Origin: Protoeuglena noctilucae
Taxonomy: Eukaryota
Assembly: GCA_958009085.1 (NCBI GenBank)
Contig: OY253670.1
Span: 1,488,001-1,552,000, forward strand
Length of the DNA: 64,000 nt
Direction: 5' to 3'
Positions 13,819 to 25,963 of this stretch are shown piece by piece (the first letter of the stretch is position 1; every line of letters starts with the position of its first letter). The notes under the pieces were generated by a model that saw only the letters and a list, made by a program, of their open reading frames with translations, was not told the DNA's origin and searched no databases. The translations under genes and the position numbers were made by a program.

Positions 13819-14069
13819 ATACACAGCCGCACTGGCTCTCTGTAGATGTGTGTCCGCACAGCGACAAATTGACGTCTTTGATGACAACTGCCTTGACCCA
13901 ACATGACGCGACCCATAAGCGATCCTTTCTCAGCCTTTCTACCGCACCAGCCCGATTGCAGCCTTGAACTTCAATCCATAGTCTTGGCCATCGCATCTGC
14001 AGCCGCTCCAGTTAGCCCTACGCCAGCGGCTCTTCGCGCACGTCACGCCAGTGACTGCACACGCCGACT

Positions 14070-16866
14070 CTAACCCTTCTTGGGCCAGATGGTGTTCCAC
14101 GTCAGGGTCATCTTGATCTGCCCCGTCGCCACCTCCTGCATGGCAGCAGAGGCGCCATCAATGAGCAGGGCGATAAGCCAACGTTAACGCATGCGCCCCC
14201 GCCCCTCAAGCCACGCCCCACGCCCCTCCAGGTCCCACCTGCAGCATGAAGTTCTCGACGATGCGGTCGGCGTCGACCACGTCCGACACGTTGATCTTGA
14301 GCCTGCCGAGGCTGTTGGGCTTGCGCACGATGGTGCGCACCGACAGGAGCTTGCGCGAGGTGTCGACCACCTCGACCAGGAGCTTGCAGGCGCCGTGGAC
14401 CTCGCAGAAGTCGAACGACTCGTTGAAGACCGGGTTGCGCGTCGCGGGGTCCACCTTGGTCTCCTCCTGCATGAGCTTCTTCTTGCTGTCCTTGTCCAGC
14501 ACCGTCAGACGCACCATGGCCGAGGCCTTGGGGTTGATCAGGTTGAAGCACCTGAGGCCACGAAGCAGGCTCGTCTCTCCAGCGCAACCAACGGTGCTTT
14601 GGCCTGCCACCGGGCAACGACGTGGCAGGCCACCCACCTGTCCACCTTCACCCCCAGGATGCCCTTCTGCTCCTCGGGGTTCTCGGCGTACCTCCTCGCC
14701 AGCATCATGCGCTTGTACTCGGTCGTGTGCGGGAAGGGCTCGTACCGCACCTCGCACTGCAGCGTGCCGCCCGAGCCGTGTTTGGTCTTCTGGGGCACGC
14801 GGACCTGGGGGGGACAGCACGGCCAAGGAGCCTGTCGCATTGCGCACGGACAATATGCAAAGACGGGCGCAGTGCAGCTAGCCCTGCACGGACCACCGCC
14901 CCGGCCGCGCACCTGCAGGTACTCTCCCGCCATGGACTTGGTGAGGATCTCCGAGCCCGCCGCCAGGGAGAAGTGGGCGCGGAGGAGCTCGACGTCGATG
15001 CGGAGGTCGTGCATGACGACCAGGGTGAGCTGGTGATGCTGGGCCGAGAGGACGGGGAGGAAGAAGTCGCCCTCGAACTGGTGCGAGGACTTGTTCCACG
15101 CCGTGACGGTCTTGCGCTGCGTCAGGGGCTGCAGGGGGCGGCCCTCGCCGTCGCCGTCCAGGACGCGCGTCGTGAGGAAGCGGACGTAGGGGTCCACCTG
15201 CGGGGACGGGGATGCTGGGGAGAGCTGGCACGGCGGCCCTGGCTACCCGTCGATGCCAACGGCTCTGCCCCAGCCCCCTCTCGGCGAGCCAGGCCCCATG
15301 CGCGCTCGCCTTGGAGATGGAGAGCGTCTTCCCGGGGCGCAGGTCCTCGACGCGGACCTTGCGGATGTGGAGGATGCCGTCGGGCTCGCCCACGGTGCCC
15401 TGGTCGATGGGGATGCCCAGGGTGCGGGGGAAGCCCATGATGGCCATGACGAGGCGGGAGAAGACGAAGTGGACGGCCGTGTCCACGCCGGGGAAGGCGG
15501 TGAGGTCGTAGGGCAGCAGCGTGGAGACGTCGAACTTGATGTCGGGCGTCTCGGGGAAGGCCAGGCTGAGCGTGCCGAAGAAGAGGAGGGCGGGCTGCAG
15601 GCCGTCGAGGCTGATGCGGATGGGGCCGTTGATGATGAGGTTGGAGATGGTGAAGAGAGGGAGCGTCAGGTAGTAGCCCAGGAAGCCCAGCTTGAAGCCC
15701 AGGCGGACGGCCATGTCGGAGCCCCACATCAGGTGCGCCTCGAAGGCCGCCTGGTCCTCCACGCTGCGGGGGTCGCGGGCAGGCGCGCATGAGAGTGCGT
15801 CCGCAGGAACCTCAGGCAAAGCAAGGAGCGCCCGCACCAGGCGAGCACAGGGGGCTGTGTTGTGCTCCGCCCCCGCGGACATCACCTGGCGTAGCTCTTG
15901 ATGCCGCCGAGCTTGAGGGGCCGGGAGCCGAGGTCGACTTCGATGTCCAGATTGAAGATGGGGAAGAAGAAGAAGAACGAGTTGATGTACTTGCGCACGT
16001 CCGACACCATGTTGTCCACCGAGGCGCGGATCGACGGCCACATGGCCTGCCGGGGGCGGACGGGGCACTCAAGGATGACGCAGGCGAGCAGAAGGGGCAG
16101 CCGCGGCAGCGAGAGCGTGCAAGCGGCGCATGTGCCCTCGCCTCAATCACGTCGTTGATCCAGGCCACGCGGTTGAAGTCCTGGTGCGTGAGGAACTTTG
16201 GCTGGGCCTCCTTGTGCTGGAGGAGCCATCCCCCGATGATGGGGCGGGACGTGGCCGTGTCCCAGCTGGTGGAGGCGTCGCGCTTGCGGTGGAGCAGGGA
16301 GAAGCGGGGCACGCCAAGCACGAGGTACTGGAATGCCACATGGCCGACCAGCCACCCGGCGACGAGGCCCACGAGGCCCACGGTGGTGACGAGGTCGAGG
16401 TTGTTGTAGATGTTCTCCCTGAAGCATTGCAGCAGCGTCTGGTCGAGCTGCAGGGAGGGCACGGGGCAGGGATGGGCGCCTTTCATTCAGCCCTTGCAGC
16501 AGCACAATGCTCGCCAGGCTGCAGGGGCTCACGTCCTTGATGAGGGGCCAGGCCCACTCAGAGATGGCGAGCGTTGCGGCTTCGACGGGCGCGCGGACCC
16601 ACGCGGGGATCCATAGGTACAGGGCGCAGACGATCACCCAGAGGGCCGTGAGGATCCAGAGCGCTGCGGAGGGCGCGGATCGACGGCGGTTGGCTCTCCA
16701 GCTGACAATCCGAGCGAGCATGCCAGTCACGGCAGGCACGCGCGTCACCGATCCGCCAGACGGGCGCGGCGAGGTACAGCCCCCAGGAGAGGGCCGCTTT
16801 GAAGGGCCAGAGCAAGAGACCCCCGATGGAGGCCAGGAGGCCCATGAACATGCTTCCGATGCCCAT
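14070..16866 (-). CDS. Synaptotagmin/E-Syt-like protein (TM-SMP-C2)
   Basis: Hydrophobic N-terminus; SMP start PKFLTHQDFNRVAWINDVIE|AMWP, DLGSRPLKLGGIK, PDIKFDV...DLTAFPG; C2 motifs VDPYV and NPVFNESFDF; stop TAG at 14070. Confidence 0.85.
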
Positions 16867-17893
16867 GTTTCCGGAGACACCGGCCGGGCCGCGTCAGCCT
16901 GCGCGGAGAGGCTAGAAAACGACGTGAGCATGGCGCGGCATGGGCAGGTGGGTAGGCGCAGCAGCGCTGGGAGCCAGGGCAACGTCACGGCATGTGGCGT
17001 TTCAATGCACTGGCCCGAGGTGCATGCGAGGTCGCGGCCTGTGCGCGGGGCCCCGGAAGCAAACGACCAAGCTGGACGGAGGCCGCGTGGAGGGCTCAAC
17101 CATGGAAGGGGCAGAGAAGCATGATCAAGTAAACAAAAATGCCATTCCGCTGCCTTGCCGGGGAATGGAGGCCGCCTCGCCTGTGGCACTCAGGCGCGGC
17201 TCTCGCAGGCCCGCCAGGAGGACCCAAACCGCAAACGCGCTCGGATGATCGGACGTTGATGCAGGTCTGCGGGCCCGATCGCGCTCTGGGCGCCCCTGAG
17301 GGGAGATCGGCGAAGGCTGGCATGTGAAACGGTTGACCAAGCCCGCTCCGGCAAAATGGGACGAGCAGCTGTGGGCCCGTGGTTTTTGTTTCCGGTTTCC
17401 TGCTGCTCAGGCGCACTGTCGGCTCTCAGCCTGCTAGCACTGGGACGCGGGAGCCAGCCCAGACAGCAGGGCAGCGTGCAGGAGTCATAGACTAGCTCCA
17501 GGTGCGCGCATTGACGTAACAATTCGCGGACATGACACAGATTGCCGCGGCGGCACGCCGAGGCTTTGCGCAAACTGCTCTTTTGACTTAGTACCGAGGA
17601 AACCCGATCGACTAGCCCGCGACCTTTCGATAGCCTCTTTCGAAAGCGAGCAGTCCCTCTCGCGAACGATCGCCCGGCCTTGTCGTTAGGTCTGGCCCCC
17701 TGAGATGTCTGGGCTTGACCAAGTCATGGAGGCCCCGAGAGGCTGCAGCGACTGCCGTTGTAGTATCTTCGTTGACTAGTCTCGCGCGGAGCAGGAACCG
17801 TGTGTGTTTTCGACGCCCACAGAACCGCGGGCGGCCTCCCAAGCTGCCGCGCTTGTGGACCCCGGCCGGGGCGCCCGCGAGCGAGCGATCGCC

Positions 17894-20800
17894 ATGAGCT
17901 GCTTCGGACTGGATGCCAAGAGAAGGCAGGGCACAGGGACGGCAGTCACCGCTGCGGAGGTCCCGAAGGAGGGCAAGAAAATTGAGGGCATCTACGACGT
18001 CTTCCAGCGTGACAGGTGAGTGCGCGGCATGCCCCCTCTTGGCGAGGAAGGCCCATTTTCTGTGTCGCCTTCCTCCAGGGTGCAGGGGCGCTCTTGGCGA
18101 GGCCGGCGTGCCTGCCCAGGCTCGCCGCATTGAGCGCTTCGATGCCTGGCCTCCTCGCAGGGCTAAGATCAGGGAGGATGACACCACGACAGGTGACGCG
18201 CCTTGACGATGGCAGGCTTGCTCAGTGGCCTGGCCGCTGAATGCGGCGTTCGGCAAGAGCTGGAAGCCTTTGTCATAAACGCTTCCCTTGCCCGCCGACC
18301 TCCCAGGGTTCTTCGTGAGCTTCGCGGAGGAGATCGTCGACTGGTTCCTGGCCATCCCTTACGTCGTCCCCCTGCTGCGACTCATGGCCTTCAAGGTCGA
18401 GGAGCCCGTCATGATCCGGGGGCAGTCAGCGCGGGAGGTCAATGTCAACGTCCTGTACCTGCTGCCCCTGTTCGGGCTGTGGTGCTACTACCACCACGAC
18501 GGCATCATGAAGAGCTCGTGGTGGGGTTGGGCCTGGTACAAGGTGAGCGGCAGGCGGCGGGGCTGCAGACCCGCCTTGGGACCCATGCACCTGCCACCTT
18601 GGACTCACTGCCAACTCCCCCCCTTTCATCCGGCAGGCCCTGGTCACGTCGGCGCTCGGCGCGTACCGCGCCTTCCACGAACTGATCGTCGATCAGGTCG
18701 CGCGGCGCAAGCTGGCCGTGGCGATCGTGCTGGCGCTGGGCTTCGTGCTGGGGCTGGCGGCCTCCTTCCAGCGCTTCCGCAACCGGGCGTACAAGCTGAC
18801 GCTGGCAAACGCGCTCCAGACCGAGCCCGGTTTCTCCTACGTCAAGACCGTCCTGGGCAAGCTCCCCTTCTACATCAGCATGCGCGGCGAGGGCGACACG
18901 TGCGAGTGGCTCAACATCATCGTCTCGGAGATCTTCCCGGCCTTCTCCGGCTTCCTCGCCAACCTCATGGCCTTCGCCGTCGAGCCCGTCCTCGACTGGG
19001 CCAAGCCCCCGGGCATCAAGTCCATGAAGTTCCGCCGCTTCACGCTCGGCACGCGGCCGGCGCGCTTCACGGGGGCGCGCGCGGTGCAGTTCACGCGCCG
19101 CGCCAAGGACCACGTGGCCATCGACCTCGACTTCACCTTCGACTCGGACGCGGAGATCCAGGTCGGTGCCGCGGGGCTGCGGGGCGGGGCCGGGAAGGAT
19201 GGGTTAGGACCGTGGGCACTTGGAGGTCGTCGTCGAGCTGCGCGGTCGCCTATGAAGCAGGGACGTGTATGCGACGCGCCCCTCGCGCCCTGTGTTTGCA
19301 GTTCGCGGTCGAGGTGGGCAAGATCACGTCGCTCGCCGTGGTGCGCGACATCAAGATGAAGGCCACGATCCGCATCCTCCTCAAGCCCTTCTTCGACCGG
19401 CCACCCATGTTCCAGGTGGGCAGGGCCAGAGCACATGCCGTGGGCCGTCCCCACTTGGCCCCGGGAACGCTGTTGGCGGGTGAACTTCGTCATTTCCCCC
19501 TTCCCCCCCGCAGTCCCTGAACGTGTCCTTCGTGGGCAGCCCCTTCATCCGCATGCGCGTCGAGTCCAAGGGCATCCCCCTCCCCAGCTTTGTGCTCAAC
19601 TTCATCTCACAGTTCGTCACCAAGCTCGTGCTCAACATGTTCGTCTGGCCCGACCGCCTCATGGTCCCCATGGACTTCTCGGTCAAGTACTACGAGCTCG
19701 AGCGCAAGCCCAGCGCCGTGGTCCTCTCGCGCGTCATCCGCGTCAAGGTGCGATCCCCCGGCCAGGGCGAGGAGGCCGTCATCAAGCCCAACCTGCGCTA
19801 CCGCCTCGCCATCTGGTCCGGGAACGCCTTCAACAAGTCCTACACCTCGGGTGAGAGCGAGCATGCGGCCGGGCGATGGAGCTCGGCGCTGCACGCGTCT
19901 TGACGGGGCAGGCCGCGAGCCAGGACTCCCTTCGCGGCTTCTCCCGCAGTCGAGACGCTCCGCGGCGACGAGCTCGTGTTCGGCCTGGACAAGGGCTCAA
20001 ACGCGGCAGGCGAGCGCTTCGAGATCGTCGTCAAGGAGCCCCAGATCGAGACGATCCGCGTGGCCCTGGAGATGATCCACGGGAACACCGTGACGGGCTT
20101 CGAGGAGGAGGAGGTGGCGCGCTACGAGGTGGGCAGCTGTGGCTGGCACGCCACCTCCAGACGCAGCCGATGCCGGCGCTTGCGACGGGGACGCTCGGTG
20201 CGTGGAGGTCACAATTGAGCTTCCCGCCTGTCCACGCAGTTCAAGCTCCGCGACCTCATGAACGACAACCTGGAGGCCAAGGAGGACCTGGAGGTGCGCT
20301 ACACGCTGCCCCTGTCGACCGAGGAGTTCGGCAGCCCCGGCGGGCGCATGGTGGGGGACCTGCAGGCCGGCTTCATCCTCAACCAGATCTTCCAGGGCCT
20401 GGGTGAGTCCCGCGGGGGCCAGGGCATCTCCCTGCAAGCGCTGTGCTGCGTTCCCAGGACGCCCCAACGCCACGCAACCGCGCGCGTGTGTTCCCTCCAG
20501 ACTCGGACTACGGCGCCCTCTACGTCAAGATCATCTGCGCCAAGGGCGTCCCGAAGGTGGACGTGGCGGGGTGGGCCGAGCCCTACTTCCTCATCCGCCT
20601 CCCGGACGAGTCGGGGGTGCACAAGGAGGTGTTCCGCACGCCTGCCAAGAAGTGCCGCGACGACCGGAGCTCCGTGTGGTACGGCGTCGAGTACACGGGC
20701 ATGAAGATCAAGATCCGGGACGCGGTGAAGGGCCCCTTCCTGCCCGACCGCGACGTGGTGGTGGAGCTGTGGGACAAGGACCGCATCACCAAGGACACGC

Positions 20801-21128
20801 GCATCGGAACGTGGAAGATGCCAATCTCGGAGCTCTGCAAGGAGGAGCACGGGGGCGCCATCGCCAAGACCTTCCGCATGGACGGTGCGTGGGGGGACGG
20901 CTGGGTGGCATGCGACGCGTGCGGGCGGGCAGCAGCAAGCGCACCCCTCGTCCGGCCCCTCCCGCAGGCGAGTGCGACGAGAAGCTCATCCCCAAGCACC
21001 GCCGCCACTGGAACGAGAAGAAGCTCGGGCCGCCATACGTGCCCGAATACACCCCCACGGACAAGCCGGGCCGGTCCTCGTGCAAGATCGAGTTCGAGGC
21101 CATCTTCGCCTGGCTGGGGTACCACTGA
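17894..21128 (+). CDS. Synaptotagmin/E-Syt-like protein (TM-SMP-C2-C2)
   Basis: TM helices; SMP CEWLNIIVSEIFP...VEPVLDWAKPPGIKSMKFRRFTLGTRP...VWPDRLMVP; C2 GALYVKIICAKGVPKVDVAGWAEPY...VELWDKDRITKDTRIG; all traced introns are GT-AG. Confidence 0.88.
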
Positions 21129-21275
21129 GGGCAGCAGGCGGCACCTAAGCGGACAACGCGCAGGGTCTGACGTGCATCTGACCAGACTCTTGTTTTCGGC
21201 AGCATTGAAGTAGCAGCAGCTGATCGCACCGCCAAGAGGCGGTCTATACGAGTGTTCTATCCCAGAACACACGCG

Positions 21276-24200
21276 TCAATGCGCGGGGGAGGCCGTGCCG
21301 TCGGTGGCACCAAGGAGCGGCCCTCGCACGGATCCCATCTCTGGGAAGTCGAATTCGTCCGCCCCAAGTCCCGAGTCGGGGCTGCCCAGGAACTGCCGCC
21401 AGTCCGACGGCGCCCCGGCCAGCCCCTGCCGCAGCGTCACGGCGTCCGTGGCTGGGCCGTGGGTTGTGCCCGCCCCCACCGGCCCACGCCGCACCCTCGC
21501 GCCCCGGGCAGCCTTGCATGGCGACCCTGGCTCAGGCGACTCTGGGGCCGAGGGCCCCCAGGCTGCCCCATCCCCACCGCTCCCAGGCCGCACGAGCTGT
21601 TCTGCATCTGCGCCCTCTGCTATGGTCTCGATCTCTGCGACACTGGGGGTCTCATCCTCGCCCCCGCCGGGTCCGTCCTCCGCCTCCTCGTCGGACGGCC
21701 TGCCGCGCCTGAGCGTGCCATCGAGGCTCCCGATGGGCAGCGCCCACTCTGCGGGACATGGGCAGGCATGTGTGCCTGGCCACATATCCAAGCACTCTCT
21801 GGCGTATGGTCGCCAGCCTCGTAAGCCAGGTGGAATGCAGCCGAGCGCCACCGTCGCACCACGCTGTCACTCCACGCTGTCAGCCCATGCTGCTCACCCG
21901 ACTGAGACGCCCCATCGCTGTCCCCGGTGTCGCTGGGCAGGGGCCCCGTGGCGGTGCGGATGCGGACCTCCACCCTGTCGTTGAACCGCACCGCTCGCTC
22001 GCGGGGGGCGCAGGGCTCGCCACCACTCTCCCCTCGGCTGGCGGCGCGCAGGGCGGGGGCGGCTGAGGCGGCCACGCCTTCCCCACCGTCGCCGAACAGG
22101 CGGGCAACCACTGCGGGGAGGGCAAGGACAGTGTGAGCGCATGGGCGGTGTGATGTCGCCGCAATTACTGTGGCAGCAAGGTACGCGGAGCCAGCAGGGG
22201 TCCAACGTCGCAGCTCCGCAGCCTCGCACCGGTGCAAGGGGGCGAGTCTCCAGTGCAGTGGGCAGCGTTGCCGTCGTCAAAGAACTCCCGCCAGTCATCC
22301 GGGCCCCCCGCGCTGACCGAGCGCGCCGGCCGTGGGGTGCCGACGCCCACGCCGGCCACCGCCATGGCCCCCACGCCCAGCACGGACGCCTTGCACGAGC
22401 GGCTGCGGGCCAGCCCCGGCCGGCGCGGCGTGTGCCCGGGCGTCCCGCCCGGTTGGGCGGGGCTGACCCCGGCGGGGACGCTGCTCCGGGCGGCCCGGGC
22501 CTTGCGAGCGCCGCCGCCGCTGCCCTTGGCCACGATCGGCAGGGCGGCGGCGTGGACGGCCAGAGGCTCGTGGCGCGGCACGGGGGACGCCAGGACCACC
22601 AAATCGCTCGGTTGGCCCGGCAGGCAGGCGTGCACGAGGGCGGGGGGCGGCGAGCGAGCCTCCTCCTCCGCCGGCCCCGCCCAGGAGGCCCCGCCATCGC
22701 GGGAGGGATGAGGGGGCGTGGGCGTCGATGGGGGAAGGGCGTGGGGGAGCAAGACTGCCCCGCTGGCCCTCTGGGCGTCTGCTCCACCCAGCACAGCAAC
22801 ACTCGCCCCCTCAGCCCGGTCGTCTTGCGACCGTGACGCCGCCGCGGGGCTCTCGGTCCCCCCGTCACCTCTCTGCGACTCGAGGCCGGCCCCACCAGGG
22901 AGACCCCCATGGCGCTCTTCCACCCCAGCCACGGGCCCGCTCGTCTCGTCGCTGGCCTCAGGCGCGCCGTGCCGCTGGGGGTCGCCGACGCGGCTCACCC
23001 TCAGCCACGGCATGCCGAGGGGCCGGAGGAGGGTCGGGCGGCTCGGGAGGGTCACGCCCCAGGACACGGAGGCCTCCGTCGACGCCGACACACGGGGATC
23101 GCGGTCTGCAGGGACCGAAGGTGGCACTCATGCTTGCAATCTCTCACACCAGCGCACGCCACCCAGGCGACCCTTTCACGTGCACTCACCCACGGCGGCG
23201 GACCCCCTCGGGCCCAGCGCCAGGCTCTCGCGCCACTCGGCGCGGCTGGCACCCACTCCCGGCGCAGGGCCGTCAGGGCACGCACCGTTCTCCTCCGCCC
23301 CCTCCCCCGCGCACTCGGACCTCCGCGCACCCACTCGCATGCATCGCCCCTCCCCGTGCCCTCCCGGGCCTTTGCCCCAGGACCCCCGCATGTCCTCGCG
23401 ACACACGACACCTGTGTTGCTGCCATGGGACTCTGGCGATGGCGCGCTGCCCTCGAGGCCCGCCCAGGGCTCTCCTGTAGTCCCGCCACCCTCCCCCGTG
23501 TCTCCTCGCCACCCCCCTCGCTCCACGCCCGCCGCGGACTGAGATGCGTTCATCTGGCCTGCCGGAGCCGCGCTCGGCCCCTGGACGCCGCTGACCGTGG
23601 CGCGCCCCGACAACGCCACGCTCACCGTCACCGTCACGCCCTCCCCGCTCGCCCGGAGCCCCCTCGGCCCCGCAGACCCCTTGGGCCCAGCTGTGCCACG
23701 CAGCGGCTGCGATGGGCGGGAGGCCCGGTCCCCGCGTCGCACCTCCTCTTGGAGTGCCTGGAGCTCTCCCTGGGGACAGAGCCAGACCAGGGGCGTGGGG
23801 GTGCGCCTAGGAAGCGAGTGGGTGCCTCGCCACCCAGCTCACAGGCACACGCTGCAGGTTCCAGCCATACAATGGCAGCCACGCGTTGGGCAGCGCATGC
23901 ACCAGTCACACCTCGAGGAACGCCGCCCGGTCGGACTCGCGCCTCGCATCTGCCCGCCAGCCCTCCGCAGCGCCCGCGATGTCCCGGAAGGCCGCCCCGG
24001 CCGACGCAGCGGCGGCGTGCGCGGCCATGCACGACCGTCGGAGTTCGAGGGCCGCGCGTCGCAGGAGGCCAGCGAGGGGCCCATCGATGGAGGACGCAGC
24101 CTGTGGGGTATGGCACAGGGCGAGGGTCACACTAGCACACGAGCAGAAACGATCCAGCTGAGGTTCACGGCATGCTCCCTGTCACACACCTCCAGCGCCT

Positions 24201-25503
24201 CCGCCACAGCAACCGTCCGCGTCGTCGACGCCCGCACCGTCGCGAGCGCACTGGCCGCCTCCGGCGGGAGGTCAGAGCTCAGAGACGACTCAGTGCCACC
24301 CAGCACGTTTGTTGGTCCTGAGGTCCCATGAGAGGCTGTGTCCCCACTCATGGCGCCGTGCCATGCCTCCCCTGGCAACAGCGCATTGGGCAAGGCCACT
24401 AGCCGACGCGTCAGGGCGGCTTCCACGGCATCCGCCTTCTCCTGCAAGCCACGCAAAAGGGTCGCGACGTGTTGCTGGGGAATGCGAAGGGTGCGGCACC
24501 AGGGCTGCCGTGCACAGTGCTGGCGTGCGGCCTCTCACCTGGGCCGCCTGCGCCCTCCGCGCCTCGTATGCGGCAGGGCGTGTCGCGCTCGCGTGGGTGG
24601 CCGGCCGGTCCCTGCTCGGGCTGGGCAGCCCAGGGACGGACTCTAGAGCCGGCAGGGCACTGGCGACGGGCGCCAGCGGCCCAGCCCTCCTCCCACCGCC
24701 CGCACCCGCACGCGCAAAGGGGTCGCGGGGCTCTCTGATCCCTTGCCGCGTGGCTCTCGGGCCTGGGGACTCGACGGCCCGCGCGTCGGCACCCGCGGGC
24801 CTGGGCCCAGCTCCGGTCAGCGCTTGTGGGCGCACCACAGCTGGCGACTGGGCACGCATCGGGGCTCCAGCGCCTTTCCTCAGCGACGGTAGCTGAGGGT
24901 GTGGCGCTCCCGGAGCCTCGTTCTCAGGGCCCCTGGGGGGAGGTGGAAGCCTTGAGGGACTGCGGGCACACGGCAGCGATGGTCGCACCAGGGGCATGCG
25001 GGATGCATAGGACTCGGGAGATGCGAGGTCTAGGTTATGGAGACGCTGGCTCACCGGGGCAAGAGGGACTTGGGGCCTTTGCCGTCCGTGGGGGGCTTCC
25101 CCTGCCGCCCCGGCGCTCCGAGGCTGGTGTTGGGCTCGAGCGCCTCGAGAGGCCGGCGGTGATGGGATGGCCTGGATGCCGGGACGTCATCCGGGCGCGG
25201 CGGAGGGGCGGCGGTGATCCTGGGGGGGCGCTTCGTGGGTCGGCGCGGGGCGGGTGCTTGCAGGGTGGGGCTCTCGGGAGCCTGGCCGCGTGCAAGCGCC
25301 GGCGGCAGGGAGCCCAGGATCTGACTAATGCGAGCGCTCTCCTCCACGGGGATGAGATGCGTGAGGACGTGCAGACCGTCGTGGCTGGCGCCGCTCGAGA
25401 GTGGAGACGGCGCGAGCTCCGCGCCTCGCGTTGGACCGGTGATGCCGCCCGGTCTCGGCAGCCGGACGTGGCCCCATATCGCGCTAGTCGCGTCCGCAGC
25501 CAT
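21276..25503 (-). CDS. Hypothetical low-complexity protein with a short coiled-coil; start uncertain
   Basis: Long Pro/Ser/Ala-rich exons joined in phase by GT-AG introns (e.g. PPCT|VVARLFG; SQS|EWALP); helical segment EKADAVEAALTRRLV; no recognisable domain. Confidence 0.5.
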
Positions 25504-25963
25504 ATCGAGGGATGGCTCGGGCGAGGCCGGCCCGCAACCACGGTGTTGTTAGCGTCCCGGGCGATGGACGGCCCGCGAGGGAAGAGCAAGGTGGGGATAT
25601 CTCAATCAAAAAAAGTTCAATAATGGAAGTGCTATGAGCCTGGGCGTCGTCAGGGGCTCATGCATAGGGATCTACGCGCCACGTTCATGCAAAGGGAACC
25701 CGCAAACAAAGCTGCATCGCCCGTTGAGCCGGCCAATGACATGCCGATCACTTGCTGTCGCTCTGATGCAGGGATTGGCTCTGTATCTTTGCTGGACATC
25801 ACACACTGACACTGAAACTTCTCTTGATGTCAGTGAAAAGAGCAGCTGAGAGCCCCGAGCCGGATTGCATCGCCGGCATCGTGCTGTTTGTTTGTTTGCG
25901 CATCACTTGCATACCATCGTGCCTCTGTACTTGCTCGCTACTCGCTCGCTTCGTCCTCGACTC

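Noticed and set aside
15962..15977. (GAA)5 microsatellite
   Set aside because: It is an in-frame poly-Phe run (FFFFF) in the SMP-domain exon and too short to be informative.
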